Below the pieces are notes generated by a model, which did no database searches, was not told where the DNA came from, and was given only the letters and a program-made list of their open reading frames with translations. The position numbers and the translations under genes are program-made. From the NCBI GenBank assembly GCA_902607475.1, contig CACLKH010000003.1, positions 521-64,520 of the forward strand: a stretch of 64,000 nucleotides of DNA, written 5' to 3'. The stretch comes from an uncultured Alphaproteobacteria bacterium. Its GTDB lineage: Bacteria; Pseudomonadota; Alphaproteobacteria; GCA-002720895. Positions 37,947 through 49,886 of this stretch are shown piece by piece; positions within the stretch are counted from its first letter, which is position 1; the number at the start of each line of letters is the position of its first letter.

Positions 37947-38906
37947 ATGTGCCTAAGGCCTGTTAAAAAAAACTTTTTAGCTAAAAAAAATTGGTTAATT
38001 AAACCAGTAAATTCAATAAAGAGTCTTTTATTGAATTCCTATATTTTAGATAGAAGAAGAATAAAGAAAAAATTAAAATCTGTTAAATATAAAAATTTTG
38101 AAGTTCGTTTAGCTAAAAATTTTAAAGATATAGATGCTGCTCAAAATTTAAGATTTAGAGTGTTTTATGAAGAATTAAAAGCTAAGCCAACAATTAAAAA
38201 TATTTTATATGAAAAAGATTTTGACGAATTAGATCCTTTTTGCGATCACCTTTTGGTAATTGATCATAATAAAAAATCAAAGAGAGAATCAATTGTTGGG
38301 ACTTATAGATTAATTAGAAGACCAATGACACAAATTCATGGTAAATTTTATACAGAAGGTGAATTTGATATAAAAAAAATTTTAAAACAGAAAGGGGAAA
38401 TTTTAGAACTAGGAAGATCTTGTGTGCATAAAGATTATAGAGATAAACCAATAATAAAATTATTATGGAAAGCAATTTCTGCATATATGGAGCATTATAA
38501 AATAAAAATTCTATTTGGTTGTGCAAGTTTTCCAGGAGTAAATTATAAAAAATATAAAGAACAATTATCATTTTTGTATCACTATTATTTAGCTCCAAAA
38601 TCAATCAGACCTACAGCTTTGCCTCCTAATAATCTTCAGCTAAATTACTGTCAAAAAAAAGATTTAAATGATTACAAAATATTTAAATCATTACCCCCTT
38701 TATTAAAAGGATATTTAAGACTTGGTGCATATGTTAGTGATGGAGTATTTATAGATAAGCAATTTAATACGATAGATATTTGTATAGTTTTAAAGTCAAC
38801 TTCTTTAAAAAAAAGATATATGAACCTTCATAAAAAAGGAAAAAAAAGTTCAAAAATAATTTTTCTAAAAAATTTTTTAAAAAATAAAAGTAGATTTATT
38901 AAGTGA
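37947..38906 (+). CDS. olsB: ornithine-acyl-ACP N-acyltransferase (OlsB, GNAT/hemolysin-like)
   Basis: 319 aa; LELGRSCVHKDYR and overall OlsB-like acyltransferase pattern; 4-nt overlap with the following PlsC-family gene. Confidence 0.7.
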   Translation: MCLRPVKKNFLAKKNWLIKPVNSIKSLLLNSYILDRRRIKKKLKSVKYKNFEVRLAKNFKDIDAAQNLRFRVFYEELKAKPTIKNILYEKDFDELDPFCDHLLVIDHNKKSKRESIVGTYRLIRRPMTQIHGKFYTEGEFDIKKILKQKGEILELGRSCVHKDYRDKPIIKLLWKAISAYMEHYKIKILFGCASFPGVNYKKYKEQLSFLYHYYLAPKSIRPTALPPNNLQLNYCQKKDLNDYKIFKSLPPLLKGYLRLGAYVSDGVFIDKQFNTIDICIVLKSTSLKKRYMNLHKKGKKSSKIIFLKNFLKNKSRFIK

Positions 38907-39661
38907 TTTTAATTTTTTTAAGATTAACAATTTTTTTATTGCTTACTTTAGCTCTGCTACCTTTTCAATTCATCATTGTTTTTTTTATAAAAAATTATAT
39001 CTATATAATTCCTTATTTTTATCATAAACTTTGTAGAAGAATTTTTGGAATTAAAATTAAGACTTTTGGTAAAATTTCTATTAATTCTCCTATTCTATTA
39101 ATCTCTAATCATGCTAGTTATTTAGATATAATTATTTTAGGAAGTCTTTTTAAAACATCATTTGTTGCAAAAAAGGAAATTGCAAAATGGCCATTATTTG
39201 GCATTTTAGCTAAACTTCAAAATACTGTTTTTATTGATAGAAGAATTTCATCATTAAAAAAACAGGAAAATCAAATTGTAGAGCATTTAAATAAAAAAAA
39301 GAACTTAGTAATTTTTCCGGAAGGTACAAGTAGTGATGGGAATAGAGTGTTACCTTTTAAAAGTTCATTATTTAATATTTTTGAAAAAAATTTAAATTCA
39401 AGAATATTTGTACAAACAATAACTATTGTTTATAAAAAAATTAATGGGATACCTATGAATAGAATAGATAGAAAAAATATAACATGGCATTCAAATATGG
39501 ATTTAATTCCAAATATTTTTGATGTTTTAAAGAAATTAAGTATAGAGGTTGAGATTATTTTCAATGATGAATTTTTGCCTAATAAAGAATATGATAGAAA
39601 AAAAATAGCTTTACATTGTTGGGAGAAAATAAATATTTTATTTAATAATAAGTTATGTTAA
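38903..39661 (+). CDS. olsA: lyso-ornithine lipid O-acyltransferase (OlsA, PlsC family)
   Basis: 252 aa; NHASYLD (HX4D acyltransferase motif), FPEGTSS. Confidence 0.7.
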   Translation: MILIFLRLTIFLLLTLALLPFQFIIVFFIKNYIYIIPYFYHKLCRRIFGIKIKTFGKISINSPILLISNHASYLDIIILGSLFKTSFVAKKEIAKWPLFGILAKLQNTVFIDRRISSLKKQENQIVEHLNKKKNLVIFPEGTSSDGNRVLPFKSSLFNIFEKNLNSRIFVQTITIVYKKINGIPMNRIDRKNITWHSNMDLIPNIFDVLKKLSIEVEIIFNDEFLPNKEYDRKKIALHCWEKINILFNNKLC

Positions 39662-41004
39662 AAAAATTTAAATTAAAAACATTCGGATGCCAAATGAATG
39701 TTTATGATAGTCAAAAAATAAGTAATATTTTTTATAAACTTGGGTATAAAAATACTTCTATTGATAAAGAAGCTGACATTTATATTATAAATACATGTCA
39801 TATAAGAGATAAAGCAAAACAAAAACTTTATTCTGAATTAGGTAAAATTTATAAAATAAGAAAAAATAGATTTCAAAATAATAAAAATACAATAACCATA
39901 GTTGCTGGATGTGTAGCACAGGCTGAGGGGGAAGAGATATTTAAAAGAGTACCCTTTGTTGATATAATTGTTGGGAGTCAGTCTTACCAAAAATTACCTA
40001 ATTTAATAAAAAAAATTCAAAATAAAAACAAGGAAAAAAATAAACAACTTATTGAACTTGATTTTGATCCAAAATCTAAGTTTGATGATCTACCAAAAGA
40101 AAAATATATTAATGAAGTTTCAAGTTATTTAACAATACAAGAAGGATGTGATAAATTTTGTAAATTTTGTGTTGTGCCTTACACAAGAGGCCCTGAATAT
40201 TCAAGAACTGTAGAAGAAATTGTTAGTGAAGCAAAATTTTTAATAAAAAATGGAACGAAAGAAATAATATTGTTAGGGCAAAATGTAAGTGCCTATCACG
40301 GAATAGGATTTGGTAATAAAGAATTTAATCTGGGAAAATTAATTTATGTTTTAGCAAAAATTAAAGGATTAAAAAGAATAAGATATATGACTGCTCATCC
40401 TAAAGATATGCATGAAGATTTGTATAATGCACATAGAGATTTAGAAAAACTAATGCCTTTTGTACATTTGCCTATACAATCTGGTTCGAATAAAATTCTA
40501 AAAGCAATGAATAGAAATTATACAGCTGAAGAGTATTTAAAAATAATAAATAAAATAAAAAAATGTAGAAGAGACATAGTTTTTTCATCTGATTTTATAG
40601 TGGGATATCCTGGAGAAACAAAAGAAGATTTTCAAAAAACTATTGATGTAATTGATAAAGTAGAATATGTACAATCTTTTTCATTTATTTATAGTCCTCG
40701 ACCAGGAACAATGGCTTATAATTTAAAAAATGCTCTTGAAGATGATGAAAAAAAAAATAGGCTCAAAATTTTGCAAAATAAATTAAGATTTTATCAAGAA
40801 AAATTTAATAAAAATTTTGTTAAAAAATCATTAAAAGTACTTTTTAGTAATTCATCTAATAAAAAAAAATATCAATCACTTGGATATTCAGAATACATGC
40901 AATTAGTAAGAATTAATAATAAAAGAAATATGCAAGGAAAAATTGAAAATATAAAAATTAAAAAAAGTTTTTATAAAAGTTTAGAAGCTAGTCCTATAAC
41001 ATAA
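39655..41004 (+). CDS. miaB: tRNA-2-methylthio-N6-dimethylallyladenosine synthase
   Basis: 449 aa; radical-SAM CDKFCKFC (CxxxCxxC), MTTase N-terminus with FGCQMN, TRAM C-terminus. Confidence 0.9.
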   Translation: MLKKFKLKTFGCQMNVYDSQKISNIFYKLGYKNTSIDKEADIYIINTCHIRDKAKQKLYSELGKIYKIRKNRFQNNKNTITIVAGCVAQAEGEEIFKRVPFVDIIVGSQSYQKLPNLIKKIQNKNKEKNKQLIELDFDPKSKFDDLPKEKYINEVSSYLTIQEGCDKFCKFCVVPYTRGPEYSRTVEEIVSEAKFLIKNGTKEIILLGQNVSAYHGIGFGNKEFNLGKLIYVLAKIKGLKRIRYMTAHPKDMHEDLYNAHRDLEKLMPFVHLPIQSGSNKILKAMNRNYTAEEYLKIINKIKKCRRDIVFSSDFIVGYPGETKEDFQKTIDVIDKVEYVQSFSFIYSPRPGTMAYNLKNALEDDEKKNRLKILQNKLRFYQEKFNKNFVKKSLKVLFSNSSNKKKYQSLGYSEYMQLVRINNKRNMQGKIENIKIKKSFYKSLEASPIT

Positions 41005-41020
41005 ATTTTTAATTAAATAT

Positions 41021-41962
41021 TTGATCAAAAATTTAGAAAAAAATATAATTGAATTCGAAGATAATAGTATTTTAAGAATCATGCTTGGAGTTTTTCATAA
41101 AAATCTTGAAATTATTGAAAAGGAATTAAGGGTTAGTTTGTGTACAAGGGGTAATATTATTTCAATAAACGGGGGTATAGAAAATATTTTAATAACAAAA
41201 AATACACTTTCAGAATTATATGAAAGAGCTAAAGTATCTGAAATTATTGAAAAAAAGGATATAGAATCGATAATTAAAAATATGAAAAAAAATAAAAAAA
41301 ACAATCATTCTTCAGAAATTTCTATAACAACTCCAAAAAAAAAAATTTGGCCACACACAAATGGGCAAACCAAACTTATAAAAGAAATATTAAATAAAAA
41401 AATTATTTTTGTTATAGGTCCAGCAGGTACTGGCAAAACATTTATAGCTGTAAGTCATGCTATTTCCATGCTTACTTCTGGTTTAGTTGATAAAATTGTT
41501 ATTTCACGACCAGCCGTAGAAGCAGGAGAAAAATTAGGGTTTTTACCTGGAGATTTAAAAGAAAAGATTGATCCTTATTTAAGACCAATATATGATTCTT
41601 TTGATGAAAATCTTCCTAAAGATAAAGTTATGAAATTAATTGAGAATCAAAAAATTGAAATAGCTCCTATTGCATATTTAAGAGGAAGAACATTAAATAA
41701 TTCTTATATAATATTAGATGAAGCACAAAACACATCACCAATTCAAATGAAAATGTTTTTAACAAGACTTGGAGAAAATTCGAAAATGGTTATAACTGGA
41801 GATATAACTCAAATAGATTTACCTTCCAAAAATAAAAGCGGATTAATAGACGCAATCAATAATTTAAAAAAAATTAAAGATATTTCTTTTGTTTATCTTA
41901 CAGAAAAAGATGTTGTAAGACATCCTTTGGTACAAAAAATAGTAAAAGCATATGATAAATGA
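41021..41962 (+). CDS. ybeZ: PhoH-like ATPase YbeZ
   Basis: 313 aa; Walker A GPAGTGKT, IILDEAQN, KH-like N-terminal domain; upstream of ybeY. Confidence 0.9.
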   Translation: MIKNLEKNIIEFEDNSILRIMLGVFHKNLEIIEKELRVSLCTRGNIISINGGIENILITKNTLSELYERAKVSEIIEKKDIESIIKNMKKNKKNNHSSEISITTPKKKIWPHTNGQTKLIKEILNKKIIFVIGPAGTGKTFIAVSHAISMLTSGLVDKIVISRPAVEAGEKLGFLPGDLKEKIDPYLRPIYDSFDENLPKDKVMKLIENQKIEIAPIAYLRGRTLNNSYIILDEAQNTSPIQMKMFLTRLGENSKMVITGDITQIDLPSKNKSGLIDAINNLKKIKDISFVYLTEKDVVRHPLVQKIVKAYDK

Positions 41963-42462
41963 GTCTTAATCATAAAATAAATATTTTTCTCGAGAATAAA
42001 AAATGGTTAGATAAAAAAATATTTAAATCAAAAAAAAGTATCGATAATTTTATTTATCATCTTTCACAAATAACTATAAATGAATGTTTTTTGCAGCCTA
42101 AGTTTAGAAAATTTAAAAATTTGAAAACAAATATTAATTTTATTCTAGCGGACGATAGATTTTTAAAAAAATTAAATAATGATTTTTTAAATAAAAGAAA
42201 ACCCACAAACGTGCTATCATTTCCAAATGAAAATTTTTTTAAAAATAAAGAAAGTTTTTTAGGAGAAATTTTTTTATCTTATGAAACATGTAAAAAAGAA
42301 GCAAAAAAATTTAAAATAAATAATAAAGATAGGATAGGACATTTGATAGTACACGGTATATTACATTTATTAGGCTATGATCATAATACAAAAATAGATG
42401 AAAAAAAAATGATAAGTATTGAGTCAAAAATATTAAATTCTTTAGAAATTAATTATTATTAA
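41959..42462 (+). CDS. ybeY: endoribonuclease YbeY (rRNA maturation)
   Basis: 167 aa; HLIVHGILHLLGYDH zinc motif. Confidence 0.9.
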   Translation: MSLNHKINIFLENKKWLDKKIFKSKKSIDNFIYHLSQITINECFLQPKFRKFKNLKTNINFILADDRFLKKLNNDFLNKRKPTNVLSFPNENFFKNKESFLGEIFLSYETCKKEAKKFKINNKDRIGHLIVHGILHLLGYDHNTKIDEKKMISIESKILNSLEINYY

Positions 42463-42476
42463 TTTTTTTTAGTTTA

Positions 42477-44009
42477 TTGTTAGTGAAAAAATATTTTTAT
42501 TCTTTTTTTTTTGGAATTTCTTTAGTTTTATGTTTTCCACCTTTTAATTTTTGGCCTTTACTTTTTCCTTCATTAACTTTTTTGTTTTTAAAAAGTTATC
42601 ACGCTAAATCTGATAAGGATGCTTTTTCAATTGGTTGGTTTTTTGGCCTATCCTTTTTTATATTTAGTTTATATTGGATTTTTAATTCATTTTTAATAAG
42701 ATCAGGGATATTTATATTCTTATTACCAATTTGTCTTTTTTCATTTTCATGTTTTCTAGCCTTTTTTATTGGTCTTGTAACTTTTTTAAACTATAAATTT
42801 AAAACAAATTTAATTTTTAATATTATTTTTTTTTCAATTTTCTGGACTTTTAGTGAAATTTTAAGAGGATATTTATTTACTGGTTTTCCATGGAATTTAT
42901 TGGCCCATACTTTTTCAAATTATAATATAATAATACAAATTTGTTCAATAGTAGGAGTATATGGATTAACTTTTTTTATAATTTATTTTGTTTTATCACT
43001 AAGTATTTTTATTTTAAATTTTTATAAAAAAAAAGAATTTATTTTACTTTTATCTTCTTTTTCCATATTTATTTCTATATTTTTTTATGGAATTAATAGA
43101 TTAAAAAATTCAAGTTTATCTACTCATGACTCTTATGTATTTAGAGTTGTTCAACCTAATATTAATCAAAATGATAAATTAGATTCTTTAAAATTAGAAA
43201 CTAATTATAAAAAATTAGTTGAATTAAGTTTTAAAAATAAAATGGATTCATTGAATAATTCTGAGAATTTGGCTATTTTTTGGCCAGAAACTGCAATATT
43301 TGATTTTAATCATCTTTATTCTTATCCTATTTTTAAAAAATTAAATGTAGATTTGAAAGAAAATGAATACATTATTACTGGAATTTTTAGGAATGAAAAA
43401 AAAAATATTTATTACAATAGCATATCAATTATCGATAAAAATTTATCAGAAAATTTTGTATATGATAAAATTCATCTAGTCCCTTTTGGTGAATATACAC
43501 CATTTAGCAGTTTTTTAAATAGTTTTGGTTTTAATTTTTTAAGTTTGAAAAAAGGATTAAAAAATCAAAAAATAATTGAATATAAAAATTTACCAAAATT
43601 TAAAGCATTAATTTGTTATGAATCTATATTTCCAGGAAAGTTCATAAAAAATAAAAATAAACCAATATTTTTAGTAAATTTTACAAATGATGCTTGGTTT
43701 GGAAATACAATTGGTCCTCATCAACATTTCATTAATTCAAAATTCAGAGCTATTGAAGAAGGGAAACATTTAATTAGAGTTGCAAATACAGGAATTTCAG
43801 CTTCAATAGATCCTTTTGGAAGGATATTAAAAAAATTACCTTTAAATTCTTCAGGATATTTTGATACAAAGGTTTTTATTGGAAATAAAAATAATAAAGC
43901 TATACAAACTATTTTTAGCAAGTATAAAAATAATTTAATTATTACATCATTAATAGTTTTGTTTTTTTTATTTAGTATTTTAAAATATCAAGTTCACAGA
44001 AAAAAATAA
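42477..44009 (+). CDS. lnt: apolipoprotein N-acyltransferase (TTG start)
   Basis: 510 aa; multi-TM N-terminus, C-terminal nitrilase-like domain with ICYESIFP (catalytic Cys). Confidence 0.85.
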   Translation: MLVKKYFYSFFFGISLVLCFPPFNFWPLLFPSLTFLFLKSYHAKSDKDAFSIGWFFGLSFFIFSLYWIFNSFLIRSGIFIFLLPICLFSFSCFLAFFIGLVTFLNYKFKTNLIFNIIFFSIFWTFSEILRGYLFTGFPWNLLAHTFSNYNIIIQICSIVGVYGLTFFIIYFVLSLSIFILNFYKKKEFILLLSSFSIFISIFFYGINRLKNSSLSTHDSYVFRVVQPNINQNDKLDSLKLETNYKKLVELSFKNKMDSLNNSENLAIFWPETAIFDFNHLYSYPIFKKLNVDLKENEYIITGIFRNEKKNIYYNSISIIDKNLSENFVYDKIHLVPFGEYTPFSSFLNSFGFNFLSLKKGLKNQKIIEYKNLPKFKALICYESIFPGKFIKNKNKPIFLVNFTNDAWFGNTIGPHQHFINSKFRAIEEGKHLIRVANTGISASIDPFGRILKKLPLNSSGYFDTKVFIGNKNNKAIQTIFSKYKNNLIITSLIVLFFLFSILKYQVHRKK

Positions 44010-44013
44010 AAAA

Positions 44014-45174
44014 TTGAAAGAATATACATTTACAAGTGAATCAGTATCAGAAGGTCATCCTGACAAAGTTTGTGATTTAATATCAGACAATATTGTTGAT
44101 CTTTTTCTATCAAAAGATCCAGATTCTAGAGTTGCAGCAGAAACTATGGTTACAACTAATAAAGTTGTTATTAGTGGAGAAGTTAATGGACCTGATGTTT
44201 TTAAAGAAGTGTCAATTGAAGATTTAGTAAGAAATACAATAAAAAAAATTGGTTATGATCAAAAAGGTTTTAATTGGAAAACAGTTTTAATTGAAAATAA
44301 TCTTCACCAACAATCAAAAGATATCGCTGTTGGCGTAGATAAAAAAAATGAAAAAGAACAAGGAGCAGGGGATCAAGGAATTATGTTTGGATATGCATGT
44401 GAAGAAACAGAAGAATTAATGCCAGCTCCTATTTATTATTCTCATTTAATTTTAGAATCTCTTGCCAACGCCAGACATAATGGTGAAGAAAAATTGTTAC
44501 TTCCAGATTCTAAGAGTCAAGTCAGCTTAGATTACAAAAATGGTATACCATATAAAGCAAGTGCAATCGTTGTATCCACACAACATGATCCAAGTTTAAA
44601 GCAAAAAGATGTTAAAGAAATTATCAGACCTTATGTAGTTAATTCATTACCTGAAGGTTGGATGTGTGATGAAAAAAATTTTTTTGTTAACCCTACCGGT
44701 AGATTTGTTATTGGTGGTCCAGTAGGTGACTGTGGATTAACAGGAAGAAAAATTATAGTAGACACTTATGGAGGAGCGGCCCCACATGGTGGAGGAGCTT
44801 TTTCTGGAAAAGATCCAAGTAAAGTTGATAGGTCGGGAGCTTATGCTGCTAGATATTTAGCAAAAAATATTGTTGCTGCAAAACTTGCTGAAAAATGTAC
44901 TATTCAACTTTCATATGCAATTGGAATTGCTAAACCAATATCAATTTATATAAATACACATGGGAGCGCTACAATAAAAGGAAATGAAATTTCTAACAAA
45001 ATATCTAAAATTATGGATTTATCACCATATGGAATAAAAAAAAAATTATCATTAAATAGACCAATTTATGGTAAAACCGCAGCCTACGGACATTTTGGAA
45101 GAAAACCTGGAAATAAAGGGGAGTTTTCTTGGGAAAAAACTGATTTAATTGAATCTTTGAAAAGCATTTTTTGA
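44014..45174 (+). CDS. metK: S-adenosylmethionine synthetase (TTG start)
   Basis: 386 aa; [47 protein letters not shown]. Confidence 0.95.
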   Translation: MKEYTFTSESVSEGHPDKVCDLISDNIVDLFLSKDPDSRVAAETMVTTNKVVISGEVNGPDVFKEVSIEDLVRNTIKKIGYDQKGFNWKTVLIENNLHQQSKDIAVGVDKKNEKEQGAGDQGIMFGYACEETEELMPAPIYYSHLILESLANARHNGEEKLLLPDSKSQVSLDYKNGIPYKASAIVVSTQHDPSLKQKDVKEIIRPYVVNSLPEGWMCDEKNFFVNPTGRFVIGGPVGDCGLTGRKIIVDTYGGAAPHGGGAFSGKDPSKVDRSGAYAARYLAKNIVAAKLAEKCTIQLSYAIGIAKPISIYINTHGSATIKGNEISNKISKIMDLSPYGIKKKLSLNRPIYGKTAAYGHFGRKPGNKGEFSWEKTDLIESLKSIF

Positions 45175-45836
45175 AAAAATCTAAAAAAACATTATTGCCT
45201 CTATTCTATAAAAAAAAACCAAGACGACCTTTAAGTGAAAAACAAAAAAAATTATTAAAATTTAATTTAAAAAAATTTTTATTTAAAAAAAATTTTAGTA
45301 CCAAAAGAAAAATATTTTTAGAAATAGGTTTTGGATATGGAGAAAATTTAATAAATTTATCTATAAATAATAATAATAAAATTATTATTGGTTGCGATAT
45401 TTATGAACCAGGTATAGCAAGTACAATTGATAAGATTGAAAAAAATAAATTAAAAAATATTTTAATATATCCAAAAAATATATTTACTTTAATTGATGAA
45501 TTAAAAAGAAATTCAATCGATAAGGTTTTTATGTTATATCCAGATCCGTGGCCTAAAAAAAAACATTTTAAAAGAAGATTAATATCAAAAATTTTTTTAA
45601 AAAGATTACATAAAATTTTAAAAAAGAATGGAATGACTTTAATTTCTACTGATTCTTTAAGTTATTTATGTGCAATATTTTATGAATTTTCTTTAAATCC
45701 AAATTTCGAATGGGCAAATAAAGATGCTGCTGATTGTCATAAAAGGCCTTTAGAGATAATTAAAAGTAAATATGAAAGAAAAGCTGATATAGAAAGAAAT
45801 GATAAATATTTCTTAAAATTTAAAAAAATATGTTGA
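45171..45836 (+). CDS. trmB: tRNA (guanine46-N7)-methyltransferase
   Basis: 221 aa; [27 protein letters not shown] motifs; K-rich N-terminus. Confidence 0.8.
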   Translation: MKKSKKTLLPLFYKKKPRRPLSEKQKKLLKFNLKKFLFKKNFSTKRKIFLEIGFGYGENLINLSINNNNKIIIGCDIYEPGIASTIDKIEKNKLKNILIYPKNIFTLIDELKRNSIDKVFMLYPDPWPKKKHFKRRLISKIFLKRLHKILKKNGMTLISTDSLSYLCAIFYEFSLNPNFEWANKDAADCHKRPLEIIKSKYERKADIERNDKYFLKFKKIC

Positions 45837-45890
45837 ACAATACTTTCAAAATATTAGATTATAGATAGTTATATATTCATTGTTTTTTTT

Positions 45891-45917
45891 AAATGGGCTT
45901 TAAGCCCATTTTTTTTT
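45891..45917 (+). terminator. rho-independent terminator between trmB and nusA
   Basis: AAATGGGC-tttaa-GCCCATTT stem-loop followed by T7; also preceded by a T8 run, so it may act in both directions. Confidence 0.6.
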
Positions 45918-45927
45918 AATTATTGAA

Positions 45928-47457
45928 ATGTTATTAGAAAATATAGAATTAGTACAAACTGCAGAAAGCATTGCTGAAGAAAAAGGCATAGAAAAAGAAT
46001 TAGTTTTTGAAGCAATTGAAAAAGCAATATCAAAAGCTGGTAAAGTTAAATATGGAAACGATTATGATATTAGAGGTAGTATAGATAGAAAAACAGGAAA
46101 AATTGGTTTAGCAAGATATCAAGAAGTAAAAAAAGATGTAGAAGACAGCTTAATTGAAATTAGTCTAAAAGATGCAAAAAAAAAACAAAAAGATATAAAA
46201 ATTGGCGAGTTCATTGTTGAAAAATTACCTGATATAGATATTGGTAGAATATCTGCTCAAATAGCAAAACAGGTTTTAGTTCAACATATTAAAGAAGCTG
46301 AATCAATTAAAAATTACGAATTGTATAAGGATAAAGTTGGACAAACTATTAGCGGATTAGTTAAAAGAATGGAATTTGGCAACATAGTTATTGATCTTGG
46401 TAACGCTGAGGGTGTAATAAAAAAAGATGAGATGATTCCTCGTGAAAATTTAAGAAGAGGAGATAGAGTTAAAACTTATTTATACAATGTTAGCCATGAC
46501 ACAAAAGGCCCTCAAATTTTTTTATCTAGAACTCATCCACAATTTTTAGCTAATTTATTTAAACAAGAAGTTCCCGAGATTAATGACGGTATTATTGAAA
46601 TTAAATCTGTAGCCAGAGACCCTGGGTCTAGAGCAAAAATAGCAGTTTATTCTACAGATCAAACAATAGATCCTGTTGGTGCGTGTGTAGGAATGAGAGG
46701 TTCAAGAGTTCAAGCTGTAGTAACAGAATTACAAGGAGAAAAAATAGATATTGTTACTTGGTCCGAAGATAAAGCTACTTATATTGTAAATTCTTTAGCT
46801 CCAGCTCAAATTAGTAAAGTTATTTTTGAAGAAGAAGATACAGAAAAAATTAAAGTAATTATTCCTGAGGATCAATTAAGTCTTGCAATTGGTAGAAAAG
46901 GCCAAAATGTTAGATTGGCCTCTATCTTAACAAATTGTGAAATAGATATAATTGATGAAAAAGATGAAAAAAATAAAAGAAATGAAGAAATAAAAAGGAT
47001 ATCTGAAACATTTATGAAAGAATTAGACGTAGATGAAGTTATAGCGCATTTGTTAGCAACGGAAGGTTTTTTATCAATTGAAGAAATAGCTGAAGCAGTA
47101 GATACAGATTTTAAAGTAATCGAAGGATTTGATGAAAATATAATAAAAAATCTTAAAGAAAGAGCTTTACAAACCATGGATAAAAGAAATAAAGAATTAG
47201 AGAAAAGAAAAATAGAACTAAATATTTCAAAAGATCTAGAAAAAATTAAAAAATTTAATTTATCTGATTTGATAAAACTAGCAGAAAACAACATTAAAAA
47301 TTTAGATGATTTAGGCGATTTATCAAGTGATGAATTAGTTGAAATGTTTGATACAAAAAAATTAAAAAAGAAAGACGCAGATGAAATAATAATGAAAGCA
47401 AGAGAAAATTGGTTTAAAGATGATAAAAAAAAAGAATTGAAAACTATTAAAAAGTAA
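45928..47457 (+). CDS. nusA: transcription termination/antitermination factor NusA
   Basis: 509 aa; S1, KH1/KH2 (LAIGRKGQNVRLAS), C-terminal acidic repeats. Confidence 0.95.
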   Translation: MLLENIELVQTAESIAEEKGIEKELVFEAIEKAISKAGKVKYGNDYDIRGSIDRKTGKIGLARYQEVKKDVEDSLIEISLKDAKKKQKDIKIGEFIVEKLPDIDIGRISAQIAKQVLVQHIKEAESIKNYELYKDKVGQTISGLVKRMEFGNIVIDLGNAEGVIKKDEMIPRENLRRGDRVKTYLYNVSHDTKGPQIFLSRTHPQFLANLFKQEVPEINDGIIEIKSVARDPGSRAKIAVYSTDQTIDPVGACVGMRGSRVQAVVTELQGEKIDIVTWSEDKATYIVNSLAPAQISKVIFEEEDTEKIKVIIPEDQLSLAIGRKGQNVRLASILTNCEIDIIDEKDEKNKRNEEIKRISETFMKELDVDEVIAHLLATEGFLSIEEIAEAVDTDFKVIEGFDENIIKNLKERALQTMDKRNKELEKRKIELNISKDLEKIKKFNLSDLIKLAENNIKNLDDLGDLSSDELVEMFDTKKLKKKDADEIIMKARENWFKDDKKKELKTIKK

Positions 47458-47461
47458 TTTT

Positions 47462-49498
47462 ATGAATAATAAAGATAGAAAAACAACTACAATTAAACAA
47501 ACTTTTTCATATGGTAAATCAAAGACTGTAACTGTAGAAGTTGTACAAAAAAAGAAAAGAAGTAAAGAAAAAAATGTTTTAAACAAAAAAGTAGAAAATA
47601 AATCAGAAATTCTTAACAAGCCTAGAAAAAAATTAACTATTAATAAAAGATTTTATTCTTCTTATAAAAAGAAAAATTTAGATAATAAAAAAAAAAATGA
47701 TGATATAAGTCAAACAAAAGATGGAAAGCAAAAAATCATTAAAGAAGTAAAAATTCCTGAAATAATTTCAGTTCAAGAGCTAGCAAAAAGAATGGCGGAA
47801 AAATCCTCAGATGTTATTAAAACTTTAATGAAAAATGGAGTTATGGTAACTATTAATCAAAATATAGATGCAGATACAGCTGAAATTATTGCCGGTGAAT
47901 TTGGACATAAAGTTAAGAGAGTTGATGATTCTGATTATGATAATGAGTTTAAAAAAGAGATTGATAAGAAGGAAGATTTAGTAGATAGAGCCCCAGTTGT
48001 GACGATTATGGGGCATGTTGATCATGGAAAAACAACATTATTAGATGCATTTCGATCTAGCAGCATTGTTTCTAAAGAACATGGTGGCATAACGCAACAT
48101 ATTGGGGCATATAGAATTAAAACAAAATCTAAAAAATTTATAACATTTTTCGATACACCTGGACATGAAGCATTTACTGCAATGAGAGCACGTGGATCAA
48201 AAGTAACTGATATTGTTGTTTTAGTTGTTGCTGCAGACGATGGAGTTAAAGAAACAACTATAGAAGCTATTAATCATGCTAAAGCTGCTGATGTACCAAT
48301 TATTGTTTGTATAAATAAAATTGATTTAAATGAATCAAATCCACAGAATGTAAAAAATCAATTAATGGAGTATGAAATTCTTTCAGAAGAAATGGGGGGA
48401 AAGAATTTATTTGTTGAGGTATCTGCAAAGTCAAAGACAAATTTAAATAAATTAGAAGAAGCAATTTTATTACAGGCAGAAATATTAAATTTAAAAGCTA
48501 ATCCATCAAAGAAAGCAACTGGTATTATTGTTGAGTCAAAAATTCTTCAAGGAAAAGGATCTACGGCAACTGTTTTGATTCAAGAAGGATCATTAAAAGT
48601 TGGCGATTTTTTTATAGCTGGTCCCTCTTACGGAAAAGTAAGAGCAATGAATGATGATTTGGGAAAGAAAATAACTGAAGCAAAGCCATCAGTACCAGTT
48701 GAAATAATTGGTATAACAGGCGTACCAATTGCAGGAGATGATTTTAAAGTTATTGAAAATGAAATAAAAGGTAAGGAAATTGCAAATTATAGATTACATA
48801 AATCTAAGATTAAACAAACTGAGCCACTTACAAAAGAAAGTTTAGAAAAAAAACTTAGTGATAAAAGCAATGAAAAAATTAAAGAATTAGGTTTAATTTT
48901 AAAATCTGATGTTCAAGGATCTTTAGAAGCGATTATAAATGGTATTGAAAAATTTAAGAATGATGAAATAAAAATAAAAATTATTCATAAAGGAATTGGA
49001 GAAATAAATCAATCAGATGTTGTACTTGCAGCAGCTTCTGAAAGTTCTGTAATAACTATTGGTTTTAATGTCAAACCAAATACTTTAGCTAGGGATTTAG
49101 CTAAAAGAGACAAAATAGAAATTAAATTTTTTACAGTTATATATGAGTTATTGGATTATGTAAAAGACAGTATGAGTGGGCTTTTAGTTCCAGATAAAAA
49201 AGAAGTTTTAAATGGAAAAGCTAAAATTAAAGAGATATTTAAAATGTCTAAAATTGGAAAAATTGCTGGTTGCGAAGTTATTGAAGGTAAAATAGAAAAA
49301 AATGCAAAAATTAGATTGCTAAGAGATAATAAAGTAATTTATGATGGAAAATTGAATAGTCTAAAAAAATTTAAGGAAGAATCATCTGAAGTAAAAGAAG
49401 GAAGTGATTGTGGATTAGTTTTAGAGAATTTTCAAGATATTAAACAAGATGATATTTTAGAATCATATGTTATAGAAGAACAAAAAAGAAGTTTATAA
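47462..49498 (+). CDS. infB: translation initiation factor IF-2 (short N-terminal region)
   Basis: 678 aa; G domain [21 protein letters not shown]. Confidence 0.95.
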   Translation: MNNKDRKTTTIKQTFSYGKSKTVTVEVVQKKKRSKEKNVLNKKVENKSEILNKPRKKLTINKRFYSSYKKKNLDNKKKNDDISQTKDGKQKIIKEVKIPEIISVQELAKRMAEKSSDVIKTLMKNGVMVTINQNIDADTAEIIAGEFGHKVKRVDDSDYDNEFKKEIDKKEDLVDRAPVVTIMGHVDHGKTTLLDAFRSSSIVSKEHGGITQHIGAYRIKTKSKKFITFFDTPGHEAFTAMRARGSKVTDIVVLVVAADDGVKETTIEAINHAKAADVPIIVCINKIDLNESNPQNVKNQLMEYEILSEEMGGKNLFVEVSAKSKTNLNKLEEAILLQAEILNLKANPSKKATGIIVESKILQGKGSTATVLIQEGSLKVGDFFIAGPSYGKVRAMNDDLGKKITEAKPSVPVEIIGITGVPIAGDDFKVIENEIKGKEIANYRLHKSKIKQTEPLTKESLEKKLSDKSNEKIKELGLILKSDVQGSLEAIINGIEKFKNDEIKIKIIHKGIGEINQSDVVLAAASESSVITIGFNVKPNTLARDLAKRDKIEIKFFTVIYELLDYVKDSMSGLLVPDKKEVLNGKAKIKEIFKMSKIGKIAGCEVIEGKIEKNAKIRLLRDNKVIYDGKLNSLKKFKEESSEVKEGSDCGLVLENFQDIKQDDILESYVIEEQKRSL

Positions 49499-49518
49499 TT
49501 CATTTTTTAATTTATTTA

Positions 49519-49884
49519 ATGAAGAAAAACATAAAATCGCAGAGACAATTAAGAATAGCTGAACAATTAAAACATTTAATTTCTGAGACTATAACATTGG
49601 GCAATTTTCAAAATAAAAAAATACGAACAATACCTATTACTGTAACTGAAGTAAATATTAGTCCAGATTTAAAAAAAGCTAATATTTTTGTTATTTCTAG
49701 AGATAATAAAAAAAGTTTTATTAAATATTTGAACGAAGAAAATTTTATATTTAAAAAAGAAATTGCTGAAAAACTTCAACTTAGATTTGTTCCTCAACTA
49801 AATTTTAGTTTTGATAATGCTTTCGAATATGCAAATAAAATCAACAAAATTTTAAAAGAGCCTAAAGTTCTTAAAGATTTATAA
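49519..49884 (+). CDS. rbfA: ribosome-binding factor A
   Basis: 121 aa; RIAEQLKHLISE...ITVTEVNISPDLKKANIFV. Confidence 0.85.
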   Translation: MKKNIKSQRQLRIAEQLKHLISETITLGNFQNKKIRTIPITVTEVNISPDLKKANIFVISRDNKKSFIKYLNEENFIFKKEIAEKLQLRFVPQLNFSFDNAFEYANKINKILKEPKVLKDL

Positions 49885-49886
49885 TT

